Origin: Octopus vulgaris
Taxonomy: Eukaryota
DNA: 64,000 nt
NCBI GenBank assembly: GCA_951406725.2
Contig: OX597816.1
Coordinates: 55,738,001 to 55,802,000 of the forward strand
Reading direction: 5' to 3'
The notes under the pieces were generated by a model. It had not been told where the DNA came from. It saw nothing but the letters and a program-made list of their open reading frames with translations, and did not search any database. A program made the position numbers and the translations under genes. Shown here in pieces: positions 11,816 to 25,841 of the stretch. Position 1 is the stretch's first letter; every line of letters starts with the position of its first letter.

Positions 11816-14029
11816 GCGATTTGATATCAGAAATACTTTGGCTGGAAAGTTACCAATAAAATGGTCAGAATAAGTGACGTTTGTCATTGGTAGCGAATTC
11901 CATGGTTTCTTTTAAATCACATGATGTTTGTCTTTATGATACGGAGAAGAAGTAGATTATCATTTGACTATGCTGGGATATTTTAATACCCGTTGGATGG
12001 GTGTGACTAGTTTACAGGTAGATTGCAAGTGAGTTCCGAAGTTTTAGTAGCAGTTTATGAAGTGTTGTGTGGAACAAGGTTTGTTAAAAATGAATCACTT
12101 GTGGCTGGTGTATAATATAAAGAGCGAGTCATATACAAATTCACTTTGATAAGTTTTGAGAAACGCATCATCAAAACAAAATATACGTTCGTGGGATCTG
12201 ACTGGAACATTCCATTATCATATATGTATATTTCCATAGTAAAGGACTTGTCTTTGACATTTCCTGAAACAACCAACCAGCTATGGGTACACCTAATTTG
12301 ATAAAGTTCATTTCGTCTGATGCGACCATATGCAACCTTGCTGAAAAAAGGGATTTAACGTAAAGTTTAGACCCGAAATATATGACGGAGGTTTATAAAA
12401 GTAGGGTTGTTTGTACACGTCATAACAATCCCAGTTGTCAATTTGTTGCTAACGCCGGAGTAAAAACTTTTTTTTTATGGGGAAAAATAGATAAACTATT
12501 AGCTAATGTATGGCACAGCAAGGAATGTACACTGTAAATCTGGTAATTCAGAAAACAATGCTGGTCAGACTGATTGGAAGAATAAAACTATATTCTTTTT
12601 ATGAGAAAGAAAATGAATTGTTAAAACTTCCGTTTATATTTCCAATTAGGATTTATTGAGTATATTTATTTGCATTGGTTAAGAAAGATACACGTAAAAA
12701 GAGACAAATTGAAGAAATTAGCAACTATGTTAACAAGATTTCAATCTCTTTGGATGGAGGCACGGATGGATTTCACAATTCAATCTTCATGTTGGGCATC
12801 GCAAGAGGGACTTTATCTAGATGGTTGCGAGATTTACAACGACTGTCTGTAGATAGCGTTGTAGATGGGGGACTGTACGTTTGTGGTGTAGAGATCGATA
12901 AGGGAAACATTAAATATTCAGTACCATGACATTGAGCACTTTGCTGAAGAATAATGCACAGAAGGCGAAATGGGACTCCATCATAGGGTAGCATTTCTTA
13001 ATAATCGGTAGGATATTGTAAACGAGTAAATGTCTTCAATTAAATAATAGGTGGAATCTAATAAACCTCAGAACCAAATTAAAGAAGTAACTAAATACAA
13101 CAAACTCTGAATAAATATGGAATATTTACTAACCAAAACAGATTTGCTGCAAGGAAGATATAAATACAATTTAATGACAAAAAAAATCTAATTAAAGAAT
13201 AATGTAGAGACGAAATCTGAGAATATAAAAGTACGAAAGTCAAAATAGATTAAAATCGTTTGGACGAGCGAAGGATAAATTGTAATAACGAAGTTATAAC
13301 AAGAGAAAGATCAGAGGGACGACCTTCATAGGCATGGTAGAATATCACCAGAAGAAATTAACTAATTTATGCAATGGCCACAACAAAAAAGTGAATATTT
13401 CTTTAAAACGCCTCGTCTACAGATAGATAAAAGGAAGAAATCACTAAACATTAAAAATAACGATAGTAAATTGATAGTTTCTTTCATTCTTTAGATCGAG
13501 AATAAATAGAAAATGAACGATCTTATTCTTGGAAATGTTCGTAATCCCAGACTTACAAATACTTTAAAATTAATGAAGCAGACAGAATTTCATTCTGACA
13601 AAGAGGAATACGAAATCAAAGGCCAGTCAAATCGTGAGATTCTTCCTAATTCGCAAATAAACTTTCGCGCTAAATCGTCAATAATTCTTTGAACAAAATA
13701 ATGTACAGAAGCGAAAACCATTTTAACAAGTGAGTGTGAGAGAGAAATAAAGAATACAGTTTTAGTCGGAAGTGCACTTGGAGATTTTAAAGAAGAATGT
13801 ACAATGGAGCAACAGCAGACGCAAATAAGATTTTTAAAAACAAGATCTACTTCAAAAAATATGATAGGAAGAAATAACGACGGTTGCAATCGTGATATTA
13901 CAAATTACGAACGTGAGAAACTACGAAAGTGAGAAAGTTCAGACATTACGTAAAAATATGTTAAAAATATTCAAAAATATTTACAAATATATTAAACATT
14001 GTTCTGAGAGTGTTAGAGGTAAAATATCT

Positions 14030-14256
14030 GTTTATTGCCCTCAAGGGGCTAAACATAGAGGGGACAAACAAGGACAGACAAACGAATTAAGTCGATTACA
14101 TTGACCCCAGTGCGTAACTGGTACTTAATTTATCGACCCCGAAAGGATGAAAGGCAAAGTTGACCTCGGCGGAATTTGAACTCAGAACGTAACGGCAGGC
14201 GACATACCGCTAAGAATTTAGCCCGGCGTGCTAACGATTCTGCCAGCTCGCCACCT
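14030..14256 (-). mobile_element. tRNA-derived SINE, family B
   Basis: Reverse complement of GGCGAGCTGGCAGAATCGTTAGCACGCCGGGC..GAGTTCAAATTCCGCCGAGGTC..GCCTTTCATCCTTTCGGGGTCGATAAA; many copies in this window. Confidence 0.85.
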
Positions 14257-16556
14257 TCGAGTGTCAGAGGTAAAATATCACCGACATAACCACGAATTGA
14301 AAGGATCTTAATTTTCAAGAATATTTATCAACAATTTGTCAAATGAAAGGTCTATTACATACATAAGTATTCCTGGCTTATGTATTATCACCAGAATTAT
14401 GAGGATTATCAGAAAAGGTGAAATGTCGCAGTAAAGAATCACATATTGAGGAAGAAGGGCGAAAAGAAGAACAAGAGGAAAAAGAAAGAAAAAAGAGGAA
14501 AAGGAAGAGGAGAAGCTGACAACAGGGGTTTTAATTATGTTTGTTTAACACAAGAAATTTTGAAACATTATCCTAGTGTAAGACATTTCTAATTAAGTTA
14601 TCGCTAATTAAATCATCACTAATTAAACAGGTTTCAAATGTTAAGCTTTTTGAATAAAAATTAATCACAAGGAAAACATTTAACCTCAAAATAAATTCCA
14701 TTTACAGAAAATATAATTTTCCCTTTATTCCCGTTCGCTTATGTAGAGTATCTGGAGTTAACTTCTTTAACCAATATGCTGAACCAGATTCTGTTCGGAT
14801 CTGAATGTTATTGGATGGCAATTAAGAAGCTCTCTATAACTGACATCTAATTGTATGTGGCAGATGATAAACAGATGGGGAATCCGTTAAATTTATTTCC
14901 CCTATGGTGCAGAAAAATTAATATGAAATTCCGTTTGTAAAACTTTGCTATGACAACGTCGAACAGCAGAAAATTAATAAAATGACAGTTGTATCCTGTT
15001 AGGTAAAATGACAGAGATATAAAAATTAGAGCGAAGAGAAACTGATAAATATAAGGAATTAATGAACGAGAATGATTGAAAGAGAGACAATGAAAGAGAG
15101 GTTAAGGAAGAACAATACTGACGCCTGTAATTCATACATAAAGCAGCGAAACGGCAAACATTAGTTATTAGATGTCAATATTCTGATGGCTTAAGTAATG
15201 ACTTATCGTTGTAATTTCTCAGCTGAGAGTTAATTACCAGGACCAGACAGAAAATATAAATGAGAAAAATAATATGAAAATAGTATCTCGATACGTCATA
15301 TAAAGGATGAAATATTATATTGACGACTTATACAGACTTATACAGAGGATTGTTTCTCTGTGAAACTAGAAAACAATAAGTGACCAATAACAACAAAATG
15401 TGAACAAAAACAAAACTAATTTGTGGTTTTAGGCAGTTCAAAATGATTGTAGCAGACTGAACTAAAAAAAATATTCCCATAGCAACGTGTAGAATTTGTA
15501 TAAGAAATGTTGAAAAATACTCAATGAAAAAATTAGTAGTAAAATAAATTAGAAGTAAAATAAATCACAGCCAAAAGTAGAATACTAATGATTGGAATCT
15601 GGGACCAGAAGATTCTTGACGGCCGTACACCTTCTTCGGGAAACGTTGTAAATGTTATTCAGAAAATAGTGTGTTAGATGTGAAAAAGCAATGACACATG
15701 TTAATCGTGGTTAAGTCTTGTAAAAGGTGGGTGGTAATGAAGAAGCAATGAAACCCGTTCGTTATTGGTGAGACTTGTATGGTAGTGGAGAGACGTGTGA
15801 GTTCAACTCTAATGAGTACCATGAAAAGTCTCTGAACACATTTCGATAGTGGCCAATAGGGTGAAGACGTACTGGAGTCAGGTGAATGGCATTTCAAGGG
15901 TTCTCATGATCACTGTTTTATATAGAAGAAGCCGAGATTATAAGATATATTCAGAAAACAATCATTAATTGATTTAGTTAAGATAATGATGATAAAGTTA
16001 TTATGATGTAATGAGTTTGGATAATTAAGACATGCAATAATATAATAAAAGAAGTACAATTTAAATGACATTTCCCTCGATATATAGGTGCTCTATTAAA
16101 TTCAGTTACTAACCGTTATTCATGTGATGTACGCGAACATTATATATATACACACATGTATATGGATGGATGTTTGCATATGTGTTCGTCTTCTTGTATG
16201 TATGTATGTATTCATAAACGAGACAGTGGGTAGGCGTGCGTCCATCTTTATGTTTTGCATATGTCTAAGTATCATGTCCACTGGTTTCAAAGTAGGACAG
16301 CTTCTGTTCTGATGACGGCTATTGAAGCATAAAGTTCACATTCGTCATCTTGTTTTCAAATAATCAGATTGACTTTTCATTACTGCCATGGCAATTTCAG
16401 AGAATCGTTAATATTATCTTCCATTCTTATTTATATTGGTCTTTTTCTGTCGTGGGTCTTTACTCTCTTTCATTCTTTTTGCTTAAGAATTTCTACAGCA
16501 ATAGAAGTTGCACAGCATATTAGGTCATTTTCATTTGCTCTTATAATTATTATTAT

Positions 16557-17095
16557 TGAGTGACAGAGCAGTGTATGCCAATCAAAATGACACTGGGGTA
16601 CAAATATACGATGTCCATTATACCCATCATGACTACCCGTCTGATAAGGGTACAACAGGAACATGCACCACAACCATATGTGCACGACATGGAGATCTCA
16701 TATCAAGATAATTAGCGCATGACCTTACAGGTGGGGACCAGTTAGAATCTTCAGGTCGAGTAGCCCATCCCACTCAAAAGGTCCCTGAATAAGGTTTAAG
16801 GATGTTGAACTAAACACCCATATTACCAGAAGTGGATAATTCCGACACCAAAGAATTTCTCTCAAAATATGGCTATGATACTCACCCACTAATTCTGCTC
16901 GTGATTAGAGAATGCACATAGAGGGACATGCTCAACTGGCTATAGTCAAACAGTTAAGCATATATGTGGCATTGAGCAGAATATTTCCTGTAACAAATCG
17001 TTTATACCGACACAAAACATGTACATGATAACACTTCCAATCGGTTAAGATCAAAAACCATGAGAACCAATGCCTGGCATTGCATCAAGCCATAT
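16557..17095. repeat. Interspersed repeat inserted in an (ATT)n tract
   Basis: Block of higher GC between ATT-rich tracts. Its end (..GGCATTGCATCAAGCC) resembles GGTAGTGCATCAGGGC before the (TTA)n at 30297-30313. Confidence 0.45.
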
Positions 17096-18904
17096 ATTGT
17101 TCTTCTTCTTCTTCTTATTATTATTATTAAGGTGACGAGCTGACAAAATCGTAAGAACCCTTTCTTCCGGATTTACGTCGATGGAATAAGTACGATTTAG
17201 GCTCTGGGAGCGATGTAATCGAGATTCTCACTCTCAACTTTTCAGGCATTGTACCTTTAATCATAAGAATTATTATCACTATTAAGGTGGCGTGTTTGCG
17301 GAATCGTTAGCGCATTAAATAAAATCTTTGAGGTAGGGTATATCGTCTGCCTTTTACTCTGAGTTCAAAACACCCTGATTTCAACTGTGCCTTTCAAATT
17401 TTTGATTCCATAAACGATTGACCAGTCAAGAATTGGGATCAATGGTATCGACTAACACCCACTCACGTCAATAATCCTCTCTCTTTTCTTTAGTTTTTTG
17501 TAAAGCGAGATAATCGGGAATGGATGATCAGGATTTCGTCGTTCTCAGTGCAATTATCAATCTGGTGCACATTACTACTGATTCGACCGATGTTAAACGG
17601 TAAAATGGTTACAAATAACAACCAGGGAAAAATAGGGGGAAGGGAAAATGTCCGGAAAAAACTCCTCCCATCACAGGAACATATGTGGAGGGTTAGGTAA
17701 TGCAAGCAATCTCTTGCTTGATAATACATGTGAATACGGTGAAATCAATGTTTCGTAGGGTTTTGTGAAGCCTCACCCTTCATAGCAAAGAAAAACAATA
17801 ACAAAATAATGATAATGAAGACAAAGATAATGATGAGGATGATGATGATGATAAAAACAAAAGATAAAGACAAAAAACAAACAGAGACAAAAGCAAGAAT
17901 TACATTGTCTTTCTTATTCAAGGACGTGTTCGTCCGCATCCTGTTTATTAATTAATTCTCTGTCTGTCTCCATTAATTAACTTTATGTCTGTATTGGTTC
18001 GTTCCACGATGAAAAACATTTCATTCGTGACCGTGAATGGCATTTATCTCAGATGGTCTTACAAGGATCACATTATACGAAAAGAAAGATTTATTTCAGT
18101 GAAGTTTTTTGCTCTTCATTTTATTTATCATGGCTCGTAAGGTCTCCGCACGTTCGATTCTCTAGGCAGAATAACATGCTACGTCCTTCCTTCTAGGACA
18201 TTTTCATCAAGTGAAAACAGATTGTTTACATGGTTTTGAACCCAGAACTTTGAGACCTGATTGACGTCATATCTTCAACGTATTGGCTATCAACCTAAAA
18301 ATATATTCCCAAACATTATACCTTACATACACGAAAACTTCTATCACATTGTCGGTGGTAAGATACAATTAATTTTACCAAACACTTATTGTCAACGCAT
18401 ATATTAATATACAATGCTTCGTGCGTGTTTAATTAATGTAGCTGCTACATATGCCTGCTTTTCAGTTAATACTCTTGTATTTTCTAAATTTATCTCAGCT
18501 CTTGAAAATGAAATTTTCTCCAAAGTCAAACTAATTAAGTATGTATATATTTAATTAAAAGAATGAATATCGAAGATGTACATATGAAATAATTGTTAAA
18601 AGGAAACAAAAAGGAAATTAGGTATCTCAATAATTTGGAATAAGTGAAACGCAGAAAACGAAGCAGTGAAACACATTAAAATAAACTTTGTGTACTTTAG
18701 AGAGAAACAAACATTTTGAGAGGCTTCTAAACGAAAATAGTAACTCTTCCTGGCGGTTAAATGAATTGAAGAGAAATAGAATTGTACTTACTACATACTG
18801 AAATTATTATCTTATAACTATTCTTCAATGATGAAAACAAATCTAAAATTTTAAGTAAATACCAATGAACAACTTAAATATACCACGATCATAAAAGATG
18901 AACA

Positions 18905-19308
18905 TATTTATTTCTTTATTGCTCACAGGGGGCTAAATAGAGAGAACAAAGGGATTAAGTGGATTATATTAACCCCAGTGCGTAACTCGTACTTATTTAA
19001 TCGGCCTCGAAAGGATGAAAGGAAAAGTCGACCTCGGAGGAATTTGAACTCAGACCGTAATGGCAGACGAAATAACTATTTCTTTACTACACATAAGGGG
19101 CTAAATACTGAGGAGACAAACAAGGGCAGACAAACGGATTAAGTCGATTACATCGACCCCAGTGCGTAACTGGTATTTATTTAATCGATCCCGAAAGTAT
19201 GAAAGGCAAAGTCGACCTCGGCGGAATTTGAACTCAGAACGTAACGGCAGACGAAATATGGCTACGCATTTCGCCCGGCGTGCTAACGCTTCTGCCAGCT
19301 CGCCACCC
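18905..19308 (-). mobile_element. SINE family B, partial tandem (~1.7 copies)
   Basis: Two consecutive copies of the CCCCAGTGCGTAACT..AAGTCGACCTCGG..AATTTGAACTCAGA body. Confidence 0.85.
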
Positions 19309-20457
19309 AAATAAGATGAACATATTAGACGTTATCAACCACATATCGGAGAAAAAACACCCACCTCACATGAAAAACACTGAACATAGAAAAGTAAAGC
19401 AATGTAAAGTAAAAAATACTTAGAGCGTATCATTCTTACAGAAAGACAGGATCAGAATTGTCTACAGAAAATAAAGTAGATTCACAATGGATTATATCTG
19501 ACTGGGATCCCAAAATCTCCACAGCAAATCACAATAAACTACAACGAATAAGACACAGCACGTTTCCCATCACGTTTTACCCAGGCCACAGCCGTCATAT
19601 TTATACCTATATAAATAAAGGGATAAATATTGAAGATGCAAAAATTAAATCAGTGCTAAAACAAAAGCGAAATTAAATATTTCAATAATTCTAAATTAAG
19701 AGAAACGTTAAGAAAACGAAATGGAATATTGAACCACACAGAAATATATTACGCAATCGGTAGAGAGATTCTCAGAACGGTGTCTAAATAAATGGAATCT
19801 GTTCCTTATATTCATGAGAATATAATGCAAGTAACAATCATATGATTTCTAAAAAATGTTTGGAAAGACCCGAGTCAAAATATGTGCTGATGAAAGAGAA
19901 GATATCTTGTTTAAGCATTTAGAACGAACATAGAAATATAGATCTGTAGAGTGACATTGTTTAACCTACCGATATCTGGAAAACTTCTATTGTGATTAGC
20001 TGTCGTCGTAATGGCTTAAAGAATAAAACATTCCCCGTTTCAGTGTCGAAATACAGTCAATAGATGAACGCTTCAGTAAGGGAAGAATAATGGCGGTAAT
20101 ATCTAAAACTGGTAATCAGTGAAAAAAATGCAAGAGTGGAATCCGATCGGTGTTATCAGGTGTTTATATAAAACATTCACAACCAGTAGCTGCTCGGAAG
20201 AAAAACACGTCTCAAACATAAAAAAAGAGAATATTTTAGAAGATAACAAAAAATGGATTGCAACATGGCAGTAAATACTGGGACAGTCCATTATTGAAAC
20301 GGAAAATCATAAAGGAATTTAGCAGGAAGAAGTAAATCATAAATACGGTTTATCTTGCAAATAGGTTTGCGAGAGATCCACAAACATTGATTCTTTATGC
20401 AGCATCCATGAGTAAAATAGCGGCATAAATAACTTCTTATATTATATATATTATACA

Positions 20458-21040
20458 AGGAGCGAATTGGCAGAAGCGTTAGCGCAGTGGGCGAAATGCT
20501 TAGTTCAAATTCCGCCGAGGTCGACTTTGCCTTTCATTCTTTCGGGTTCAATTAAATAAGTACCAGTTACATACAGTGTTTAGCCCCTTGTGGGTAGTAG
20601 AGAAATAGGTATTTCGCCCAACGCTATGTTCTTAGTTCAACTTACGCGGAGGTCGACTTTGCCTTACGGAGTCCATAAATTAATTACCAGTGAAACACTG
20701 GGATCGATGTAATCGACTTAATCCCCTTCCTCAAGCTGCCCTTGTGGCAAAATTTTGAAATCATTATGTTATTCATATTATAAACAGCTGGTTATAATAT
20801 CTTCTACTCTAGCCACAAGGCGTAACATTTTTTCTGGGGGGGGAGCAGTCGGTTAGATCGATCCCCAGTACGCAACTGGTACTTAATTTATCGACAACCC
20901 CAAAAGGATGAAAGGCAAATTGACCGCGGTGAAATTTGAACTCAGAACATAGCGGCAGACAAAATACCTATTTCTATACTACCTACAAGGAGATAAACAC
21001 AGAGGAGACAAACAAGGACAGACAATCGGATTAAGTCGAT
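20458..21040. mobile_element. Cluster of SINE family B copies in both orientations
   Basis: + copies at ~20458-20740 and a - copy at ~20805-21040 share the GTCGACTTTGCCTTTCAT core. Confidence 0.8.
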
Positions 21041-21050
21041 CATATGTACA

Positions 21051-21105
<55 letters not shown>

Positions 21106-21589
21106 ACGTCTATCACAAGCTTGAAGGCTTCCAGGCAGTTTTCTGATTAGTTTCGTTCAAGATACACATCTATCTCAATAGTGTTTGTTTTGCAATTGAT
21201 ATTATTCTTGACTTTTTTTTTATATCCTTTTTTCATTATAGCAGACGTGATTACAATGATATCATTGCGAAATATTAGCTTACTGCATAACATATGCAGA
21301 ATATGATATAGCGAATATATCATTTTACAATTAGGATGTAATTTTAACAGTCACACTTCCATATGGAAATATCTTTATTACCATATTTTGTAGAGTAATT
21401 AAGTGACCAGCCTGATACTAAAACACAGACCATGGCAAAATATCATTACAGACAGCAAAGATAAAGCATTAATGATGTACAAAAGACATTGGTACGAAAA
21501 CCGGAAAAATATACGGAAGGTTTTGTACGTATATACTGATTTACAACATATTTATATATTTGATAATATATAATTCCTCAAAAGGATGA

Positions 21590-22650
21590 GAGACTTTCTA
21601 GGGCTGCTTGTGGGAAAATCATAGAACCATGATCACCTAGTTCAAATACACCAAGCGCCCCCTGCTCATCCTCTTTCTGCAATCTACAAGCACGTACTCA
21701 GAACAGGTCACCCCACTCAGAATATTCTTGTTATTCTCACCCAACTTTCAACAAATTTGCTGGAATACACGGCTTCCTCTTCCATTTCGATTGAGACTTG
21801 AAAAAGTTAATGAGGCCCTTAGCGAAAGAGGAAAGTGTTTCTTTTTAGCCGTTTCTACTTGGCCCATCATGCAACCCTTTTGTTAAGGTCACCAGACAGA
21901 CAAACATTGCCTATCGTTCCAGACCAAAAAAAAAGGGGCAGGCAATCAGATGTTATCTGGACCCATCCTACATATGACAAGTCCCAAGTCAACAACCCTT
22001 GAGTATTTAACGAGTGCAAACGGAACAGTTTCGTCAATTTTGTACGCATCCGAAGAAGGTCCGGTCGACGACATTTGCATGCCTTTGGAATCTATCTCGA
22101 ACCGACAATACTCCATATCCAGTAGCACTGTCAGCGGAGATCTCTAGAAATTGTCCATGGACCCAGGCTCAAAAGTTCTCTGGAGCAGCCGAGACAGTTG
22201 ATTCTCGTCGACGCTCAGAATCTTTCCAAGAATGTCGTCACTCTTGCCTCCCCCACGAAACTTCTACATATTGCCAAAGTAGTTCTTCCACCGACTACAT
22301 TATCCGAGTGATAAATGGCTGTGAGAACCTGACCACACTCAAGGTGCCAGGCGGGTTACAATAGGATAGCTTGTAAAAGCACTTGATTCACTCGAGACGT
22401 GATCGTTCCCACCATATTCCTATCAAAGAATTTGTTGGACAATACAGCTCTTCCCACCCCATTCTCATTTACTATTACAAGTGAAACCTAAAAAGTTGAA
22501 GTGAGCGTGGCCAAAAAGGAAACTATCTCCATTCCTTTTCATAATGTCCACATCACTATCTCATTCGCCATTTTTACTACACGGTGCAAGGATCAGTAGA
22601 CTCAACTGATCACAGGGTCTATCCTACACGAGGCTGCTTCTACGACCAGA
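21590..22650 (-). mobile_element. L1/Tx1-like LINE 3' remnant
   Basis: Minus-strand frames give ETVPFALVK (degenerate ETxxHxxxxC knuckle) and GLINFFK..FVESWVRI, resembling Tx1-type C-termini; heavily decayed. Confidence 0.45.
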
Positions 22651-22986
22651 TTCCATAAAGTAACAATGCACGTGTTATAAGCTTGCAATCTGATAACTGT
22701 CGCTAATTTATGTCAAACAAATAAATACCGAACTTCTGGTCATCCGATCATTAATATCCTTCTTCGGAATTCACCCATGACGATCAAATCACATTTCAGT
22801 GTCTTTCACCAGTTTCTGTGCAAAAGTTGCTGAATGTATATAAGAGTTAAAACGTGGAAGAATATCTCTGAGGCAAATCTACTTGGTATTTAACTCTAAA
22901 ATAAAACTCCTCAAGTATCACGGTTATTTAGCCAGAAGCGATGAGCTTACTCGTCGTTTGATAGTTGGTTCGGTTTGAATTATCAG

Positions 22987-23447
22987 GTTACTCAGATTCT
23001 GTGTCAGTTCACGAAAGAATCGTATGTTCTTTGTAAGTTCGGAAATGGATATTAATTAGTTTAATAATGATAGCGGAAAAAGCCAAATAAGAACAACTAA
23101 CCACATCATCAATTAGACAGAATACACCGATATTTTGAAACCTTACAATATACTTAGGATATAAACGAATATATATTCTAAGTATATATACTGTAGTAAC
23201 ACTATAATATGAAATTTAATCTAAATTCCATCAGTGATATGCAAGATAATCGAAGCCGTACAGAAGACCATTAATGAAGTCGAGTAATTACGTTTCTAGT
23301 CGAATAAACTTTTTTCTTTAGCTGATATATTTACAACACTAGCAATAACAACTTTATTTCTGTTCCAGGCTCCTCCGTAATCAGAATAATGAGAGACGCC
23401 ATTATGAAGTTACTTCTACTTCACAAACTCCTATTGTAAACAATTAG
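22987..23447 (+). other. Candidate last two exons of a host gene (22987-23032 and 23369-23447)
   Basis: CAG|..|GTAAGT exon and a pyrimidine-tract-CAG exon join in frame as (G)YSDSVSVHERIVCSLLLRNQNNERRHYEVTSTSQTPIVNN*; AATAAA at ~23583. No homology recognised. Confidence 0.2.
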
Positions 23448-24267
23448 AGCAATGACAACACGTCAGAATCTCAAGTTCATTTGAATGAAAATTTGTCTAA
23501 AGTTTGAAGTATATATCATATAACTAATATGTTCAGAAATATATTCTATTTAGACAAAATATTTCACCCGAACTTTAAGCTTAATAAAATACATATTCAA
23601 ATTAATATGATCAAAACTACCGCAATATTTATTATCGACATCGAAGCAATTCTCTGATTATACTGATTGTGGTATTTTCAATTTATTTCACAATAATCTG
23701 AGTTAGTAGATTATTGTGAAATCAACTTTCTTCAGGTATATCGTAGCAGAAGTAGAGGTGATAATATGATTCAATTAATAACTGGCGTTACAGACAGGTA
23801 GAATGTATATATGATCGAAATATAAAGGAATATTTAAGTCCATTGTAACTGTTAAATGCCACGTAGATTCAATTAAATTGTGAGTTTTCTAAATGCCTCA
23901 TAAATATGTTGCACTCAACATTGAAACTTAATGATACATTCACCTGTTGGAAATATTTCCCGCTCTTTCTCTTGTAACCCGTACCTCCTATGTCTATTTG
24001 TTCATATCAAGTTGAACGGAAACATTTAACTGTAATTCATAAAATAGTGTGAGTTTTGAATATATAAATATTTGGTAATTTTTGTTCGATAAAATCACGA
24101 ATATTGAATATATATAATTAGAATGATCAAGATGTAAGCATATATGGGTGCGTGTGCGTATTTCTCTGTCAGTGGGTATTCGTGTAGATATATTTATGTA
24201 CATATAGCTAAATAGAGATGTACGTACCCACATACGTACGTACGTACATAATACATACATACATCAT

Positions 24268-25190
24268 ATGTGCATCGCTGGGCCAAGTTTGCATCTGGAG
24301 GCTGATAACACCATAAAACTTGGAAGGCAGCTCCTTGAGCAACACTCTTTGTCTGATAACCTAGAATACATGCCCAAAGAAGTCGCACGACTCTACTGCA
24401 ACAAATCATCAGATGAAAGGATGAGACTATATGAGCAGAAGACGATGCATGGATATGTTAGTAGAAAGCTCCGTGATGATAGTAACATCGATCATCAAAG
24501 CAATTTATCATGGACGAATGGCCGGAATACTACCTCCCATATTGAACGGTATGCATTTTGCAGTGCAGGAACAGGAAATATCAACCTGAGGCACAAAAGG
24601 AGTTGAGAAACACGAAAAGCAGCAAAATATGACAACCGATGCAGACTTTGTGGAGTTAACACCGAAGATATCAACCATATCATAAGCAGGTGTCTGAAAA
24701 TGTCATCGCGGTATTATTTATCGATGAGACATGGTGTTGTAGATAAGGACGCTCTATAAGGAAATCCGTCGGAAGGATAATCCCGAAGACAAAGAAATAA
24801 GAACCCAAAATATGGTAGAAGCCATAGCCACTCATAATAAAAAGGAATCCTGGTGGAATGTACCAGTAAAGACCTTGATAAAATGTAAGTATAACAAACC
24901 TGATATAATGATTTGGGATAGAGAAGAGAAACTGTGCACAGTAGTGGAAATTAGCTGCCCAGCGGATGTTAAAGCTGAAGATCAGTGAAAAAGAGAATAC
25001 CTATGCTGAACTATTGGGAAATCTGCAGTTACTCTACGCAGATTACGAGTTCAGGATTATACCTGTAATTATTGGGGACCTGGGATATGCAAAACACTGC
25101 CTAAATATCAATCTTGAGAAATTAGGCTTCTCAAAACCAGAAAGAAAAAAGCTGATTCGAAGTCTATCGATCCAATCCATCACGGCAATG
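24268..25190 (+). mobile_element. R4/Dong-like LINE 3' fragment
   Basis: QKTMHGY, CRLCG..EDINHIISRC..RH, KPDIMIWDR..VVEISCP and IIPVIIG motifs across frameshifts. Confidence 0.85.
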
Positions 25191-25753
25191 AGAAATCTCA
25201 CCTGGAAGCATCACCGCTGGAGATTGAGAAATAACGGAAGCACTCACATGGGAAAGAAAGATGAGATAAAGAAACCTGAGTCGTAAGAAATATAAAATCA
25301 GACCCCAAACCTTATTTAAATACGCCAAGAAGAGTGCCTCTGTGCACTGCGGGATAGGACCACACCTCCAAAACGATGGCTCCCTCACGGGGATCCCAAT
25401 GAGGATTAGAGAAAAACTGAATGAGCAGGTAAAAAGTATCTTCCCCCCACCCATACGGCACATGCAAGTTAGCAAACCTGCAGAATTCTTTACCACTACT
25501 GATGTAGAAATGGAATAACAATTGATTACATGAACATCAAAGAAGAGAATGTAATAATGGCAATAGATTATATAGATGCACATTCAGCTGCTGGCTCTGA
25601 TTGATTCCCAGCAATCCTTCTCAAGTATGCAAATGAGTCCTTGTAAAACCATTGCAGCTACTTTCTCAGAGCTTCCTCGCAGATGCACTAAAGGAAGGAA
25701 TAATATACCCTATCCTTAAAGGAGGAAGCAGAGAAGATGCTAAAAACTATAGG

Positions 25754-25841
<88 letters not shown>

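Noticed and set aside
11880-14000. Coding-like stretches and short ORFs (also 7010-7790, 19320-20400, 31100-31600, 33900-34500)
   Set aside because: Probably very old transposon debris; no motif I can assign with confidence.
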